Shown: positions 39,578 to 53,560 of the stretch, piece after piece | Layout: each line of letters starts with the position of its first letter | Numbering within the stretch: position 1 is the first letter of the stretch | Source of the DNA: Eledone cirrhosa | Lineage: Eukaryota | Direction of reading: 5' to 3' | Length of the DNA stretch: 64,000 nucleotides | Assembly: GCA_964016885.1 (NCBI GenBank) | Contig: OZ024740.1 | Location: forward strand, 181,598,001 to 181,662,000 | Made by a program: the position numbers and the translations under genes | Notes under the pieces: generated by a model | Databases searched by the model: none | What the model was told of the DNA's origin: nothing | What the model saw: only the letters and a program-made list of their open reading frames with translations

Positions 39578-40058
39578 TATATATTATATATATATATATA
39601 TATATGTGTATGTATGTATGTATATATTCATTTGAAAACATACTCATGTATTTATTCGTGGATATGATTTTTTGAATGAACTATTCGTATCAGTTGAGTA
39701 TTTAAAAATTTGTTTTCAATTTATTTTTACATTTTTATAGCAGACAGTATAATGCATAAATAATTAAATTATCACTTCTTGCTTTTGCTTAACTTGTGCA
39801 ATGAATCTTCTTTTCGTTTTATGAGAGGTAACTTTTTAAACTAAAATCGTTACTGGTTATTTTCATTTGTATCTTAAACATTTTTTATCGTATTGTTATT
39901 TTTTCCTGAAAGTTTTTAGCGTTTTTCTTGCAGTTTCTGTCAACTCGTTATAGCATAACGATTTATAGTTTCTTTAATAATCTGACTTCCTACTGCGTAA
40001 TTTCAACGCAAAACATATGCTTATATCCTAAATTGGTTGTGTTATGTTTTTGTTACAG

Positions 40059-40530
40059 AGGGGCGGACGCCATGCTTTGACACATAGAGTTACGGCCCTT
40101 GCCATTCTGAGTTCAAATCGCGACGAGGTAAACTTAGCCTTTTATCCTTACGGGGTCGATAAAATAAGGTACCAGTAATGCACTGGGTATTTGCTGGCCT
40201 TGTGCGAAAAGTAGAAACAGTTATTATTATCTTACAAGGTTGGTGGATTGGCAGTATCGGTAGAGGGTCGGACGCCTTGCTTTGCAGCAAAGAGTTACGG
40301 CCCTTTATTATCTGAGTTCAATCCCGCCGAGGTTAACTTTGTCTTTCATCCTTACGGGGTCGATAAATAAAGTACCAGTCACACCATGCTTTCCAGCATA
40401 TTTACGTCCCTTTACGGTCTGAGTTCAAATCCCGACGAGGTTTACTTTGCCTTTCATCCTTACGGGGTCGATAAAATAAAGTACCAGTAATGTATTGTTG
40501 CTGCCCTTGTTCCAAAGGTAGAAACAATTA
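40059..40530 (+). mobile_element. Three tandem SINE family 1 copies
   Basis: gagttcaa...cctttcatccttacggggtcgataaa motif at ~40109, ~40313 and ~40421. Confidence 0.8.
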
Positions 40531-42737
40531 TTACATTTATATGTCAATACCTTTCACTAGCCTTTATTAGCTCTATTATATGATTGTATAGATTTAATGT
40601 TTGTAATTAACCTTTTCTGTGTTCTTGAAAATAGATTATATGAGAGAAAATTATATTTTCCTATATGAATTACCAATAAGTTATTTTGATGCTACAAGCT
40701 AAGGGCTGGAAATGACATTTGTATTAACTTTAACAAGGAAATACTTTAGCTGTCGTCTATATTGGCAACTGAGTAAGTGGAGTTGCTGGCATCTCCATTG
40801 ATGGAAGAGAAGATATCCTTAAGTATGGAAATAAATTGCTAGGCTGCGTGTTTACGTTTATGTTTATCTTCCATAGCTGATGAAAGAATCCGAAAGCATA
40901 TTTAAACTTTTAATAATGGTTTATTCTCTTTAAAATGAATTAACACATAGTTTCACCGTGAAGTAAGCTTCATAAAACCCAGTAAGTAGTTGCATTAGTC
41001 TACTCAGGACGAAGCCTGGAACGCAACTAAAGTGAATAAATATTTTGGTAGGAAGAAATGTTGCTGGGCTCTTGCCTAGTGGGCCAAAGTTCCTTGTTAA
41101 GTGCTACATCTTGCTAGTATCGACCGGGAACGTAATTAGTTACTTCTTGTGTCTCCACGAAGTGCAAGCCGCAACTGTTAGGTAGAAGACAGAATAGGCG
41201 CGAATTCTGTTGCTGTGTGGAAGTTACTGCTTGGTATTCCTAAGCCGCAGACTTAAAGCCCTGGCGACTGACCAAGCACGACCCAATTATTCCGGCGCGA
41301 TAAGGTAGTGCTATTGCTTACTACACACTCCTCCTCAACTGTCTTTTTCGTCTCTTTGCCATGCCAACTATATCAGAATGTTCATTCTCTTTAGATCATT
41401 CTTTTAAATAAAATCTTTCTATCTCGTCAAGTATGTCATCAGATGGGCATTTTATCTTTATTTTCATTAAGTATTTTGGAAGAGATTTCTAACTCTGTGC
41501 ACATTTTGTAATGATACCTTAAGAAATGGCGAAGTTGTTAACGGATAAACAAAGTTGGGTCATATGTATATTGTGTGCGCATGTCTTTCGAGAAAGTCGC
41601 TGTCTTTAAAGCAGTTCTCTCAACTAAGTTTTATACTTGTTAAACTTGGACATTGTACCGGGGAGGTTTTAAAACATTTTAGAAATATTTTAACTCTTAC
41701 GATTTTCTTTCCCCAGCAATGAGGCTACACTAATACGCTACTGACTGCGCTGGGTAGAAACTTTCTAATGGCCAATGACCTCGTGTTTCTCCTAAGTTAC
41801 CCTTCAAGGATCAACTCAAGTTATTTCTAATCCAAGCAGAAATCAGCGTAGATATTTAAGATGAGACGTCTCCAAATCGTAGAATCTCGAAGCGAGCCTT
41901 CATTGAAAAATAAAATGCTTCTAGAAACCGAAAAAGAAATCCATGATAAACAGCTTCAACCTGAAAGGAAAGTGAAGTTGAACCAACTACACATTCCTCT
42001 AAGACCTACGGGCGATGCGTACCAACATCTATTCCATAGCAAACTGGGAAAAATATGAAGCCATACCCATCACAGATATCGTAACAATAATATGAAGTGT
42101 ATCTAGAAATGAGCAATGCGTGGAGTCGATCTGGCGCCGGCGATACACATGCATATATATATAAACCGTTAACCGAATACGAATTCGTAATTATTAAATA
42201 ATTAGCACTGAATATGTAAATATAAATGTAATTAATTGTTATTACAAGGTAAATTAGGCATAGATTTGCATAAAGTTTCAAAATGATGACTGAGATAAGT
42301 CTAACGCCGGTGAACTTCTTCCAAAAATGGGATTTACCTACTGAAAGAATATCATGGAACGTAAGTATTTTATAAAAATATATAATTATTCATAATGTAC
42401 ATATATGAAGGCAAGAAATTAACAGAGTCGTTAGAATGTCCGATAGAATGCTACCGAGTATTAGATCAGACTCTCCGTACTAGGTTCAAATCCAGCTGAG
42501 GTCAACTTTTGCTTTCATTCTTTCGAGGTCAGTAAAAATAGATGTCAGTTTAGTACAAATTCTTCCTCTATATGTCTTTATCATTTCCTCTCTCTATCCT
42601 ACCTTGGAAGAAACCGGCTGTGTTCAGATCTGGAGAGAAAGACGCCAGGCATAATGTGCCTAAGAAACGCCTTATACCACTCCGGAGCCCTTGTGATTCC
42701 TTAAGGTGTAAAAGGACCTTCTATAATATATATATAT

Positions 42738-42900
42738 CATCATCATCATCATCATCTTCGTTTAACGTCCATTTTCCACGCTAGCATTGGTTAGACGGGA
42801 GTTATCCCAATTTGAGTCAAGGTTGGTCGAGTGACCGTGTCTCGTTCATATAGGACTATCTGGCAGGTTTTCTACGGCTGGATGCCCTTCCTAACACCAA
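42738..42900 (-). mobile_element. SINE/LINE 3' end with (GAT)n tail
   Basis: ggaagggcatccagccgtagaaa...gctagcgtggaaaatggacgttaaac-(gat)n; sister copy at 60620-60796 (+). Confidence 0.7.
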
Positions 42901-43179
42901 CGACATTTATATATATAAGGAACCTATCAAAGCCGTCTTTGCAGGAAGGTAACATGGGTGGTTTTATTTGAAATAGCCAGATTAACACGCTATGATACAT
43001 GTAATCTATTCTGTGAGAGTGGCACTTCATTCGATTATGATGAAAATCTGATGAGGTGAGAAAAACAACGTTTGAACATCATACCAAAATCAATATCAAC
43101 AGAAATAACAGCACAATAACTTAAGAAGAATGCACACCGTCTCGTATCATTAATATAATTCTCATGAAGAAACAACATG

Positions 43180-43365
43180 GGTGAATCGGCAATATCGCTA
43201 GAGGGTCGGACGCCATCCTTTGACGCATAGAGTTACGGCCCTTGCCATTCTGAGTTCAAATCCCGCCGAGGTTAACTTTGTCTTTCATCCTAACTGGGTC
43301 GATAAAATGAAGTACCAGTAATGTACTGGGTAATTGCTGACCTTGTGCCAAAAAGTAGAAACAAT
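43180..43365 (+). mobile_element. SINE family 1 (near full length)
   Basis: Same family motif with its 5' head. Confidence 0.8.
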
Positions 43366-44218
43366 TATGTGCGATATGTTTGGGCACAATCCACACGACG
43401 GGCTTTATAGATTCCGTCTGTCCAATTTCAAACAGGCGAGAATAGATATTTCACAGAGGGGTCGAACCCTGAATGTTATGACGCGCACACACGCTAATAC
43501 GCAACAACCGCTGATGCAATTTTACCCAAGCAAACAAATATACATATAATTATAACATGACTTTTTTACACATATATATATTACATACATACACACGCGC
43601 GTATACACATGACAACACATTCACGCACAAAGGACAATAATGTATTTACAACTATGGTAACAATGACGTAATTACACATGGCAGGGAATCCATACACATA
43701 CACATACAACACGTACAGATACATGCAAGCACGCTTAGAAATTCATACCGACACACCTACCCATAACCAGAGCATATGATAACGTACTCATCGCCAAGGA
43801 AGCACCCACATATATACGCATGAAAAAGCATTAATATACACATATTTCAGATATTAAAGATATGCACATGACAAAACACGCACAAACACTCGCATATGTA
43901 TTACAGAACATTTACATACACACTTCACAAAAATATAATTATATCAACACACACGTACAAACAGGCACACAACCGCCCTTCCAAATCCACATTCAATTTT
44001 ATAATGCATCATATGCTTCGTTGATATTGCATCAATAACAAACCCTGTAGTACCGAGTATGGTCACATGTTATTAATTTACGATAATCTCCTCTACATAA
44101 GTAACATATCAATCAATATTACAGTGCAATTATATTAGCATCCAGGATGCACTGGTGTATAAATTTTCAATCTCTGAAACAGATCATCTGTTATATGCAT
44201 ATATTTATACATCTATAC

Positions 44219-44346
<128 letters not shown>

Positions 44347-44394
44347 TTGCGTGTACGTATAAATTATATAAGTTTCTGTTCACATGAAGGCATT

Positions 44395-44425
<31 letters not shown>

Positions 44426-44443
44426 ATATATATATATATATAG

Positions 44444-44660
44444 TGGAGGAGCGCGTGGCTGAATGGCACCAGTACTAAAGAGGTTGTCATTCGCAATCGT
44501 GAGGTTGTGAGTTCGATTCCCGGACCAGGCGATGCGTTATGTCCTTGAGCAAGACACTTTATTTCACGTTGCTCCTTCTAGCTGGAGTTGCGACCGATAG
44601 TGAGTATTAGCAATTAGAAAGACCAATGGAAACATCGTTTCCTCGGTCCGATTTGACAAA
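44444..44660 (+). mobile_element. tRNA-derived SINE family 2
   Basis: A box tggctgaatgg, B box gttcgattcc, CORE-like tgtccttgagcaagacactt. Relatives at ~56060-56245, ~35878-36100 and ~30030-30140 (-). Confidence 0.75.
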
Positions 44661-45579
44661 AAAAGAAAGTCGATCGACTGTCGATATATATATATATATA
44701 TACATAATTAAATCCAATACTGCAACGAAGGCAAAATGTGGCGAAAGGCAAGGACACGTGTTTCGATGTGTGTGTGTGTAAGTGTATAACCGTATATATA
44801 TATATACATACACACACTCTATCTCACATACACACCCACACACACATACACACACATGGCCATCGATTGCTCTAACTTATGATTAAATATATCCAGAAAA
44901 TCAAAACCAAACTTGAACGCAAGCCAGATATAATCCATACGCCTATATACGAGCTAAGACATCCTACCATGTTTTTCCAACTATATTTCCCGTTAAACCA
45001 ACCAACGAATCGCACCAATAACTGGTATGGACTGGTATGGACTGGTATGGACTGGTGAGACGTCATCAAACTGCAACTGTCATATAACATAGTCTCATTA
45101 TAATAATAATTATCATTGTCTGCTGCGCATAATTTCCTGTTGCGTAATTGGCCATGGTCAACCCCTTCAGTGCACCCCCTTTAATATATTTAAACTATAA
45201 ACCTCCAGTAAACCACTGAGATAAACCTTGAGCCGCATGATGCACGTGCCCATCTGATATAGAACCACATAAACAACCATTTATATGGAATATATATATA
45301 TATATAGTGAAAGGATAAGGATGATTGGTTACTCCTTGGTTACTCATTACATTTATTGGTAGATGACGTGCGTTTCGCCACTGATCAGCTCAAGGTTCGA
45401 TCTGTATTGATCCTACCCGACTCAATGATCGGCAGCTCGACGGACCCTTTAAAATGTTATAAGAAAATGCCATGGGAATTTTGCCATGGGAACGTGCTAT
45501 GTGATAAAGACAGAAGTTCAAGAGATTGACAATATGAGTTGTTTTGATTGGTGGGAAGGATCAAAGGGATGTACTGGCC

Positions 45580-46030
45580 AGTAGTGTATGCGGGGGTGGA
45601 TGTGATGATAAGATGTTCGTGACGGTCGCTGACTGGGATGGGCTGTGATGTGGTGGTGGCGGATTGGCTTCGGCCTGTAGTGTATGCGGGGGTGGATGTG
45701 ATGATAAGATGTTGGTGAAGGTCGCTGGCTGCGATGGGCTGTGATGTGGTGGTGGCGGATTGGCTTCGGCCTGTAGTGTATGCGGGGGTGGATGTGATGA
45801 TAAGATGGTGGTGAAGGTCGCTGGCTGCGATGGGCTGTGATGTGGTGGTGGCGGATTGGCTTCGGCCTGTAGTGTATGCGGGGGTGGATGTGATGATAAG
45901 ATGTTGGTGAAGGTCGCTGGCTGCGATGGGCTGTGATGTGGTGGTGGCGGATTGGCTTCGGCCTGTAGTGTATGCGGGGGTGGATGTGATGATAAGATGG
46001 TGGTTACGGTCGCTGGCTGGGAGGGGCTGT
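45580..46030. repeat. 96-bp minisatellite, ~4.6 copies
   Basis: Unit starts at 45580, 45676, 45772, 45868 and 45964. Confidence 0.95.
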
Positions 46031-46569
46031 GGTGTGGAGGGAGTGGGTTGTCAGTAGACGGGTTGGCGAGTGTGGGGTGTGGTTGTGGTGTTGTTGTTTA
46101 TAGTAGTGGCATTTGTGGCGGCGTGGTGGATGTGTTGGTGGTGTCGAGTCTATGGGGAGATACATACCTAGACACTCTTAGTCTGACAAATACGTTGTAT
46201 ATATATATATACATGCTCATATATACTGATATATATACATACGTACACACCTATATACACACATATACACGCGCCTACATAGATCCACACATACATATAT
46301 CTATATGCATATATACACACATGCATGTGCATGCGCGCGTGTGGATATATGTAGAGAGAGTGGGGGATTATCGGTGGGGGTGGCGTAGAACAAAGATAGA
46401 GGATAGGTGAGAGCCAATGGAGATGGTGTTGTACATATAGACATACACATACATACATACATACATAAACACACACACATATATGGATATGCACACGTAC
46501 ACGTACACACCCGCATACATAAATATACACATACACACATACATACATATATACACACACATATATATG

Positions 46570-46637
<68 letters not shown>

Positions 46638-47002
46638 CATATACATATATGTATACGCACATATATATAAAAAATACTTACACACACACAGACACACACA
46701 CTTGCGTTGTTTCGAGAGGGAAGGTATGTGTTGGCGGTGTTGATGAAGTTAATGGATTTTGAGGTATGGTGTTGGTCTTGGAGTTGTGAGCGACAAAAAT
46801 ATACAGGATCGAATAATATGATGGGTTACAGGTTAAAAGCGACCGTCACCAACATATTATCATCACATCCACCCCCACATAAACTACAGGCCAGAACATC
46901 CCTTTGATCCTTCCCACCAATCAAAACAACTCATATTGTCAAACTCTTGAACTTCTGTCTTTACCACATAGCATGTATTTCATTTTCTTATTGCATTTTA
47001 AA

Positions 47003-47089
47003 GGGTCCGTCCAGCTGCCGATCATTGAGTCGGGTAGGATCGATACGGATCGAACCTTGCGCTGATCAGTGGCGAAACGAGCGTCACCT
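47003..47089 (+). ncRNA. Hammerhead-fold motif with atypical core (CCGTCCA here; CCGTCGA in the inverted copy 45361-45447)
   Basis: gggt-core-gctgccgatca...tgatcagtggc-GAAA-cgagcg-TC-acct, then AATAAA. Confidence 0.55.
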
Positions 47090-47409
47090 ACCAATAAATG
47101 TAATGAAGGAGTAACCAATTGTCCTTGTTATCCTTTCAATATATTACTCTCTGTATAGCTCTACACCTCATCACAGAAGTGAACCTAAACATCGAGTGCT
47201 CTCCCGGGTGAACCTGCAGTAACTCCACGTTTAACCCCATCTCAAGTTACACCAAGTTACACCGTCATCCCCCACGCCGATGGCCTACGCGCCCGATCCC
47301 GTCCACTCCACCCCTCCCTCCTCCGCCTCACCGAGTTGGTCCTCACCCTTAACTGCTTCTCCTTCTCGGGTGAATTTTACCATGGTGAATTTTACCATGA
47401 ATTTTAGCC

Positions 47410-47907
47410 ATGGGAACAGGAATGGGCCACAACTATGCAAACCTTTTCGTTGGCCATGTTGTGGCCCAATTCTTTGCCCTATACACCGGCACCACGCCCG
47501 AACCGTACGGTCGGTACATTGACGACTGCATCGGGGCCACAACCCTCACCGGAGAACAGCTCCATTACTTTCTCACATTCTTCTGCTCCTTCCACCCCTC
47601 CCTCCAATTCACCACCTCTACCTCCACCACCCATGACCCCTCCCACCACTCCCTCGTCACCTCCGCCTTCTTCAAACCCACCGACTCCCACTCCTATCTT
47701 GACTTCAGCTCCTGCCACCCAACACACACAAAACATTCCATTCCCTTCTCCCAACTCCTCCGGATCCGCCACCTCTGCAGCCGAGATGTTGACTTCGAGA
47801 CTCAGGCCTTGCCTCTGGTCAGCCATTTCACCCATAGAGGTTACCCTGCCTCCCTCGTCCACGCCGCCCTCACCCACGCACGGCAGTCCGCTGCCCCATT
47901 GCCCTAA
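47410..47907 (+). pseudogene. Decayed PLE reverse transcriptase fragment
   Basis: MGTGMGHNYANLF, RYIDD, KPTDSHSYLDFSSCHP, SIPFSQLLRIRHLCS, RGYP; downstream HHR remnant CTAATGA-a-gggc-ctat-gccc-GAAAC at 48981-49012. Confidence 0.85.
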
Positions 47908-49372
47908 CCCCCCCCCCCCTTCACCACACCATCCTCCGACCTCCTCGTCCGCAGCTCTCTACCCCACAACTCCACGTATATCACACTCACTCATACTGTA
48001 CCCAGCACCTTCTCTCTCTACCCCCGTGATACACCCCCCCCCCACACACACATATTACTAACACCTTCACTAATATACACACAACCCATCCTCTACACAC
48101 ACCGCTACCCTCTTCTTCAACTTTTCACATTAACCCACCTCCTCTTCTGTCCACCGCACCTCCGCACATACATACACACATTTCACACACACATACAGGC
48201 ACACCTGCCAACTACCACTCGCCTGTTTGTCACTTACCCTCTTCTCTGCTATCTCCTCTCTCTCTCTCTCTCGCATACTTCACCCTGCCTTCCCCATCCC
48301 CTGCTTTGACCTTCTTGACCACCTCCTGTTGCGCGCGCCCCATAACTTTCTACTTCCACCTCACCAATTCCACGGATCCCACACCGCTGATCACTTTCTC
48401 TAGACTCTACCCGATAACATCCGGTTTTTTCACCATCCGACCACACTCACCGGGAACATATTCAGGAACACACACAAACACTTACACCATTTTCGAACAA
48501 ACGCAACCATACATTCCTACGTATTCACACCACTCAAAAACACACACGCACACACGTGCGTATACTCACATACACCTACAGACTCCACACGCCCCATCTC
48601 CCCACCCTTCCGACCCCTCTCCATCCACATGCACACACACACTGACTTACACCCCCACCCCATGTATACACTGGTTTTCCTATTACCCGAACACGGAACC
48701 TCGTTCTTCCCCAAACTCTCACACTCACATCCACACATACACACACACACACGTACACCTACACAGATACACACACGCCACCTTCCGCCTTGCCCGCTTG
48801 GACCCCCTGTTTCCTACCCCCAACTCCATCCTCCCACCACCAACTCTACACGCCTCTCACTCTTTCACCACTTGTTTTCATTTTAATTTGTTTTCCTTCC
48901 TTATAATTGTTCCCCCTTTTTAATGTAGTTCCACCACTCCCCCTCACACCCTCGGAACTCTTTTCCTTCCCACCTTCCTCCTAATGAAGGGCCTATGCCC
49001 GAAACAAACGTCGTCCCCCACTCTCAAGCGTGAACCTAATACCAACACCGTTCGTACTGCACTCTTTGTTATTATTTTTGGGTTTTGTTTTTACTATATA
49101 TACGTATATATATATATGTATTGGTAAAAGGAAAAGAAAATATTGACAAATTGTTCCCAGTGAAAAATAGTTTAATTAGGAATAAGTAAAAATTAGTAAT
49201 AAGTATTGGTTAGTATTCAGTTTTGGTTTTAAGTTTTTAACGGTTGCGCATTTCTAATGCTTTTTAAAAATAATTTTGAGATAGAGCGCCCGTGATGTTT
49301 GCTCTAATCTGATTAGATTTGGAAATTCTACTTGTTTTATGTGAAAAAAGTGGTTCCAGATGTATTAAAATA

Positions 49373-49456
<84 letters not shown>

Positions 49457-49797
49457 CGGATAGGATCTAAAATTATTGGTTGCCAGGAGACAAAAGAGGC
49501 CCACCCACATATAGAATGCTATCATTTAACTTTTATAATGAATAAATATAAATGAATCAAAATATATGTAAGTGCCGTCAAATTTCTGTGGAAAGAAATG
49601 TGTATTGTTTTTACTAATTATAGTGTATATGTATACTGTACATATTACTGGCAGTATACAGTAATACCCAATGTTAATACAGAATGTTATAATTGAATTT
49701 TTAAATAATTGTGAATTTATAGTATAGTTATTTAGAGTAGAGTCTGCAACTGACTGTCGTTAGCTAAAATTAAAAAAATTAAAGTACTTTGTGACAT

Positions 49798-49966
49798 AAT
49801 TGTTTCTAGTTTTGGCACAAGGCCAGCAAATACTCAGTGCATTACTGGTACTTTATTTTATCGACCCCGTAAGGATGGAAGGCAAAGTTGACCTCGGCGG
49901 GATTTGAAAACAGAATGGCAAGGGCCGTAACTCTATGTGTCAAAGCATGGCCTCCGACCTTCTACC
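49798..49966 (-). mobile_element. SINE family 1
   Basis: Reverse complement of the family motif. Confidence 0.75.
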
Positions 49967-50174
49967 GACACAAGAGACTTCCAATAATGACCTTTGGTCT
50001 TTCTCACTCACTCAATATATATATCTGGGAACGTGTGTGCGTGTGTGTGTGCGCATGTACATGTGTATATTTAGATGTTTATAAGTGTATACATAGATGT
50101 TTTCAACTTGTACAAAAATTATTTGGCGGCTCAGTAATTAAGATTTTATTTATAGATATGTATGTGTGTATGTG

Positions 50175-50207
<33 letters not shown>

Positions 50208-50211
50208 TCAC

Positions 50212-50260
<49 letters not shown>

Positions 50261-50263
50261 CAC

Positions 50264-50337
<74 letters not shown>

Positions 50338-50382
50338 ATTAGTCTGTATATATATATATATGTATGTGTGTATGAGTTTATA

Positions 50383-50448
<66 letters not shown>

Positions 50449-50451
<3 letters not shown>

Positions 50452-50922
50452 TGTGAAAGTCGGACCTTCGTAGAGACCTGAAAGTCCGCTTCTTCATTGC
50501 TGTAGTGGAGTCTTTGCTGCTGTATGGGTCTGGGACTTGGACACTGACCAAGAAACTCACTCAGATGGTGGATGGGTGCTACACGAGAATGCTGAGGATG
50601 GCTCTGAACATTAATCAGTATACACTGCGGTTGAAAAACTCAGAGCTGTATGGGAGCATCCCAAAAGTCAGCTCAAAAGTGACACAGAGGAGACTGAGGT
50701 TAGCTGGACATGCTCACCGACATCCAGAGTTGACATTGCACTCAGTGCTCCTTTGGGAGCCCCTACATGTACACACTAGAAGAGGAAGACCAAGTTTAAC
50801 GTATGTTGATGCCCTAAGGACAGACACTGGTCTGTTGGAGACGCAGGACATGGCAGCGATAATGAGGGACAGAGACCGCTGGAGAGAACTCGTCCATGGA
50901 TCTCGGGAATTTTACCCGCCTT

Positions 50923-50924
<2 letters not shown>
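50449..50924 (+). pseudogene. RTE-clade LINE 3' fragment embedded in (TA)n
   Basis: [53 protein letters not shown]. Confidence 0.85.
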
Positions 50925-50989
<65 letters not shown>

Positions 50990-51293
50990 TATATACACAC
51001 ATATATACACACATACACACACACATTTATATATATATACGTGTGTGTGTAGTGACTATTTTTGCAAATGATATCACCTTCATCTTGATTTGACATGTGT
51101 CTTTAACCCATTGATACCAAAAATATTTTACGAGCAGTTCTTGTGTATGTGTAAGTATTTATATATATATATATACGTGTGTGTGTGTCTATGTGTGTAT
51201 GCATGTATGAATGAATACAGTATAAGCTATACATTTGTGATGTACAACCAGCTAGCACTATCATATATTTTGGGTTCTATTAATTCCCTAGGG

Positions 51294-53560
51294 CCGGGGT
51301 GTGCAAACCTTTTTGGTCGGAGACCACATTGAATGGGTCATGAATACCAGAGAGCAACACCATTTATTTTTGGTTATAGTGTGACAGTAACCTTATTTTT
51401 CTTCAGTTAGAATTTGGAAAATAAGATATAAACTGCATCATAAATTAATAAAACGATACAAAACTCTTAAACGTTTTCTTTTAATTTGTGTCTGTACATC
51501 ACAAACCATACCAAAACAAGCAATGAAATGAGACAAATGCAATTGGTCACACTTTGTTACAATTCTTTTAAAATCTGGCACAAGGTTGTTGGTAGTAATT
51601 CTCAGCATTGCTTGTAGGTTGTGTCTGAAATCATGGATCTGTCCTTGGTCTTGTTTATTTTAAAATAGGAAAAAATCTGTTCACAGATGTAAATTGACCC
51701 CAAAATAGAAAACAATCTGGCAGCAAAGCTCAAACGTGGAATATTTTCATCTGAAAGAGATTTGTAATACTCTATTAATAGCACAGAATGAAACATTTCT
51801 TTCAACAAGTGATCTGCTTTCATGTCAATTAGTTCAAGCAGTATTTCTTCAGGTGCTGCATCAACATCAGCAGTGAATGGAAAAGTTAACAAATTGAATT
51901 TAGGCTCAATCTTTCTTAAATCTGTAAATCATCTTTCAACCAGCTCAATTAAACCCCTCCACTGATTCATGATATTAGAGGAGAGATTTGCAGGCACTTT
52001 CTCCTTCCCTAATAAAGAAAGATGGCAGAACTTGCCTTTACCTGCTTGCCTGGAGAACAAAGCAAGTTTTACCTGAAAAGACTTGACATGCTTGTACATA
52101 TCATGAGCAAAGACATCCTTTCACGGCCATGTCACATTCAGGTCATTCAGTTTATCAAAAATGTCAACTGAAAACATTAGTTCATATCTTGATCTTCATA
52201 GGACATTTTTGTTACAAAGTCACAAGAAACCCCCTTCATGTCCAGAAAGAGAAGGATTTATTCTCACAAATCCCATACTGTCTTCAGCCCTTTGCCCAGG
52301 CTCAAGCAATGCACGTTGTTATGGTAGATTAGATCTCCATGCTCAGCCTCCATATCATCCAGCAGAGATATGATCTGTCAGTGAATCAGTGCCCTTGCCC
52401 TAATAGAGTTTACTACATTTACCACCTGATCTACCACATGCCTCAAGTTCAGTGCAGCTTTACACAGGCTCTCTCGGTGCAAAATGCAGTGGAAAGACCA
52501 CATGGCATGATTAGGATGGTATATTTTTATCTTATTTTCCATGAATTTCACCATGCCCACATGTTTTCCCGTTAATGGCAGAGCACCATCTGCTGTCCCA
52601 CTTGCCAGCTTATCCCATGATAAAACATTTTTATCAACACAATTGACCACACTTTCAAACAAATTCTGACCTGCTGTTGTGCTTTTCATGAGCCCTTCTG
52701 TGATATGAAATACTCATTCACTCTACAAATGTAGATGAGTAACTGAGCATTGTATTGGATGTCAGTACTCTCATCTACGGCTACAAAGTACCCCACAAAA
52801 TCTGCTGTTGAGTCAACTCGTTACATATTACATCAATGCATCATACAATTATGCGTCTTGATAATGAAAGGCTTTCAAATTTACCTTTCACTTCAGGTCA
52901 TACAATGCTTGCGCAATCCGTCATGCATTTTTTCAGAAACTCTTTATCCGAGAATGGTTTGTTATTTTTTGCAAGACTGTACGTTGCAATACAACCTGCT
53001 TCTACAGCATTCTTATGATGCAACAATAATTTTCTAAATATAGTTTTTTTGCTTGTTCAGGCTTGTCACAAAATCCATTGCTTTTCTCCTCCGTTCTTCA
53101 TCAGACATGTTGAGACCAAACCCTCGTTTTCAATTGTACTCATTGAACACCGATATTATCTCTTGACACAGCAAACATACTGCTTTATTCTTGGCACTGG
53201 TAAAAAAATACTTATGTAGCCAATCTTCTTGGAATACACGACATTCTTCATCAATTTTGCACCTTTTAGCAGAAGTCATTATTACGGTCAGAAGAAATAT
53301 TGTCACGGCGTTGTTGTGTAAACGAAATTTTGATGTCAACAGAGCTTGCTGAAGTGTTGCCAGGCCGTGGTTATGTTGTTGTGTTACATATTGGCTAGTG
53401 ATTTCACGACGAAGGAAAGGCAGTTGTTTACCTTTTCGCTGTCGGGCTGCAAGAGAGTGATCTCTCGAATCGACGCGGGAATCTTTCCTGCTGGGCGCGT
53501 AGAAATACATTCTCCTCCACTGGCGGTCATTGGCTGGGCTGATCAAATAACGCACGGAGA
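51294..53560 (-). mobile_element. Decayed hAT (Charlie/SPIN, GTF2IRD2-like) DNA transposon
   Basis: KRCKIDEECRVFQEDW..YFF, VCLLCQE, DESTD, DGA, HCILHRESLC, GSIYICEQIFS; TIR-like ccggggtgtgcaaacctttt at ~51294. Confidence 0.85.

Larger units (their letters stand above)
45306..47260 (+). mobile_element. Non-autonomous PLE-type element with inverted arms and tail
   Basis: 45306-45630 is the reverse complement of ~46838-47138; tail actc(47146)...gagtgctct(47194). Confidence 0.8.

Noticed and set aside
44444-44530. tRNA gene
   Set aside because: A and B boxes are present but there is no clean cloverleaf, and the sequence continues into a SINE body.
45580-46030. CRISPR-like array
   Set aside because: The units repeat in full with no unique spacers, the context is eukaryotic, and there are no cas genes.
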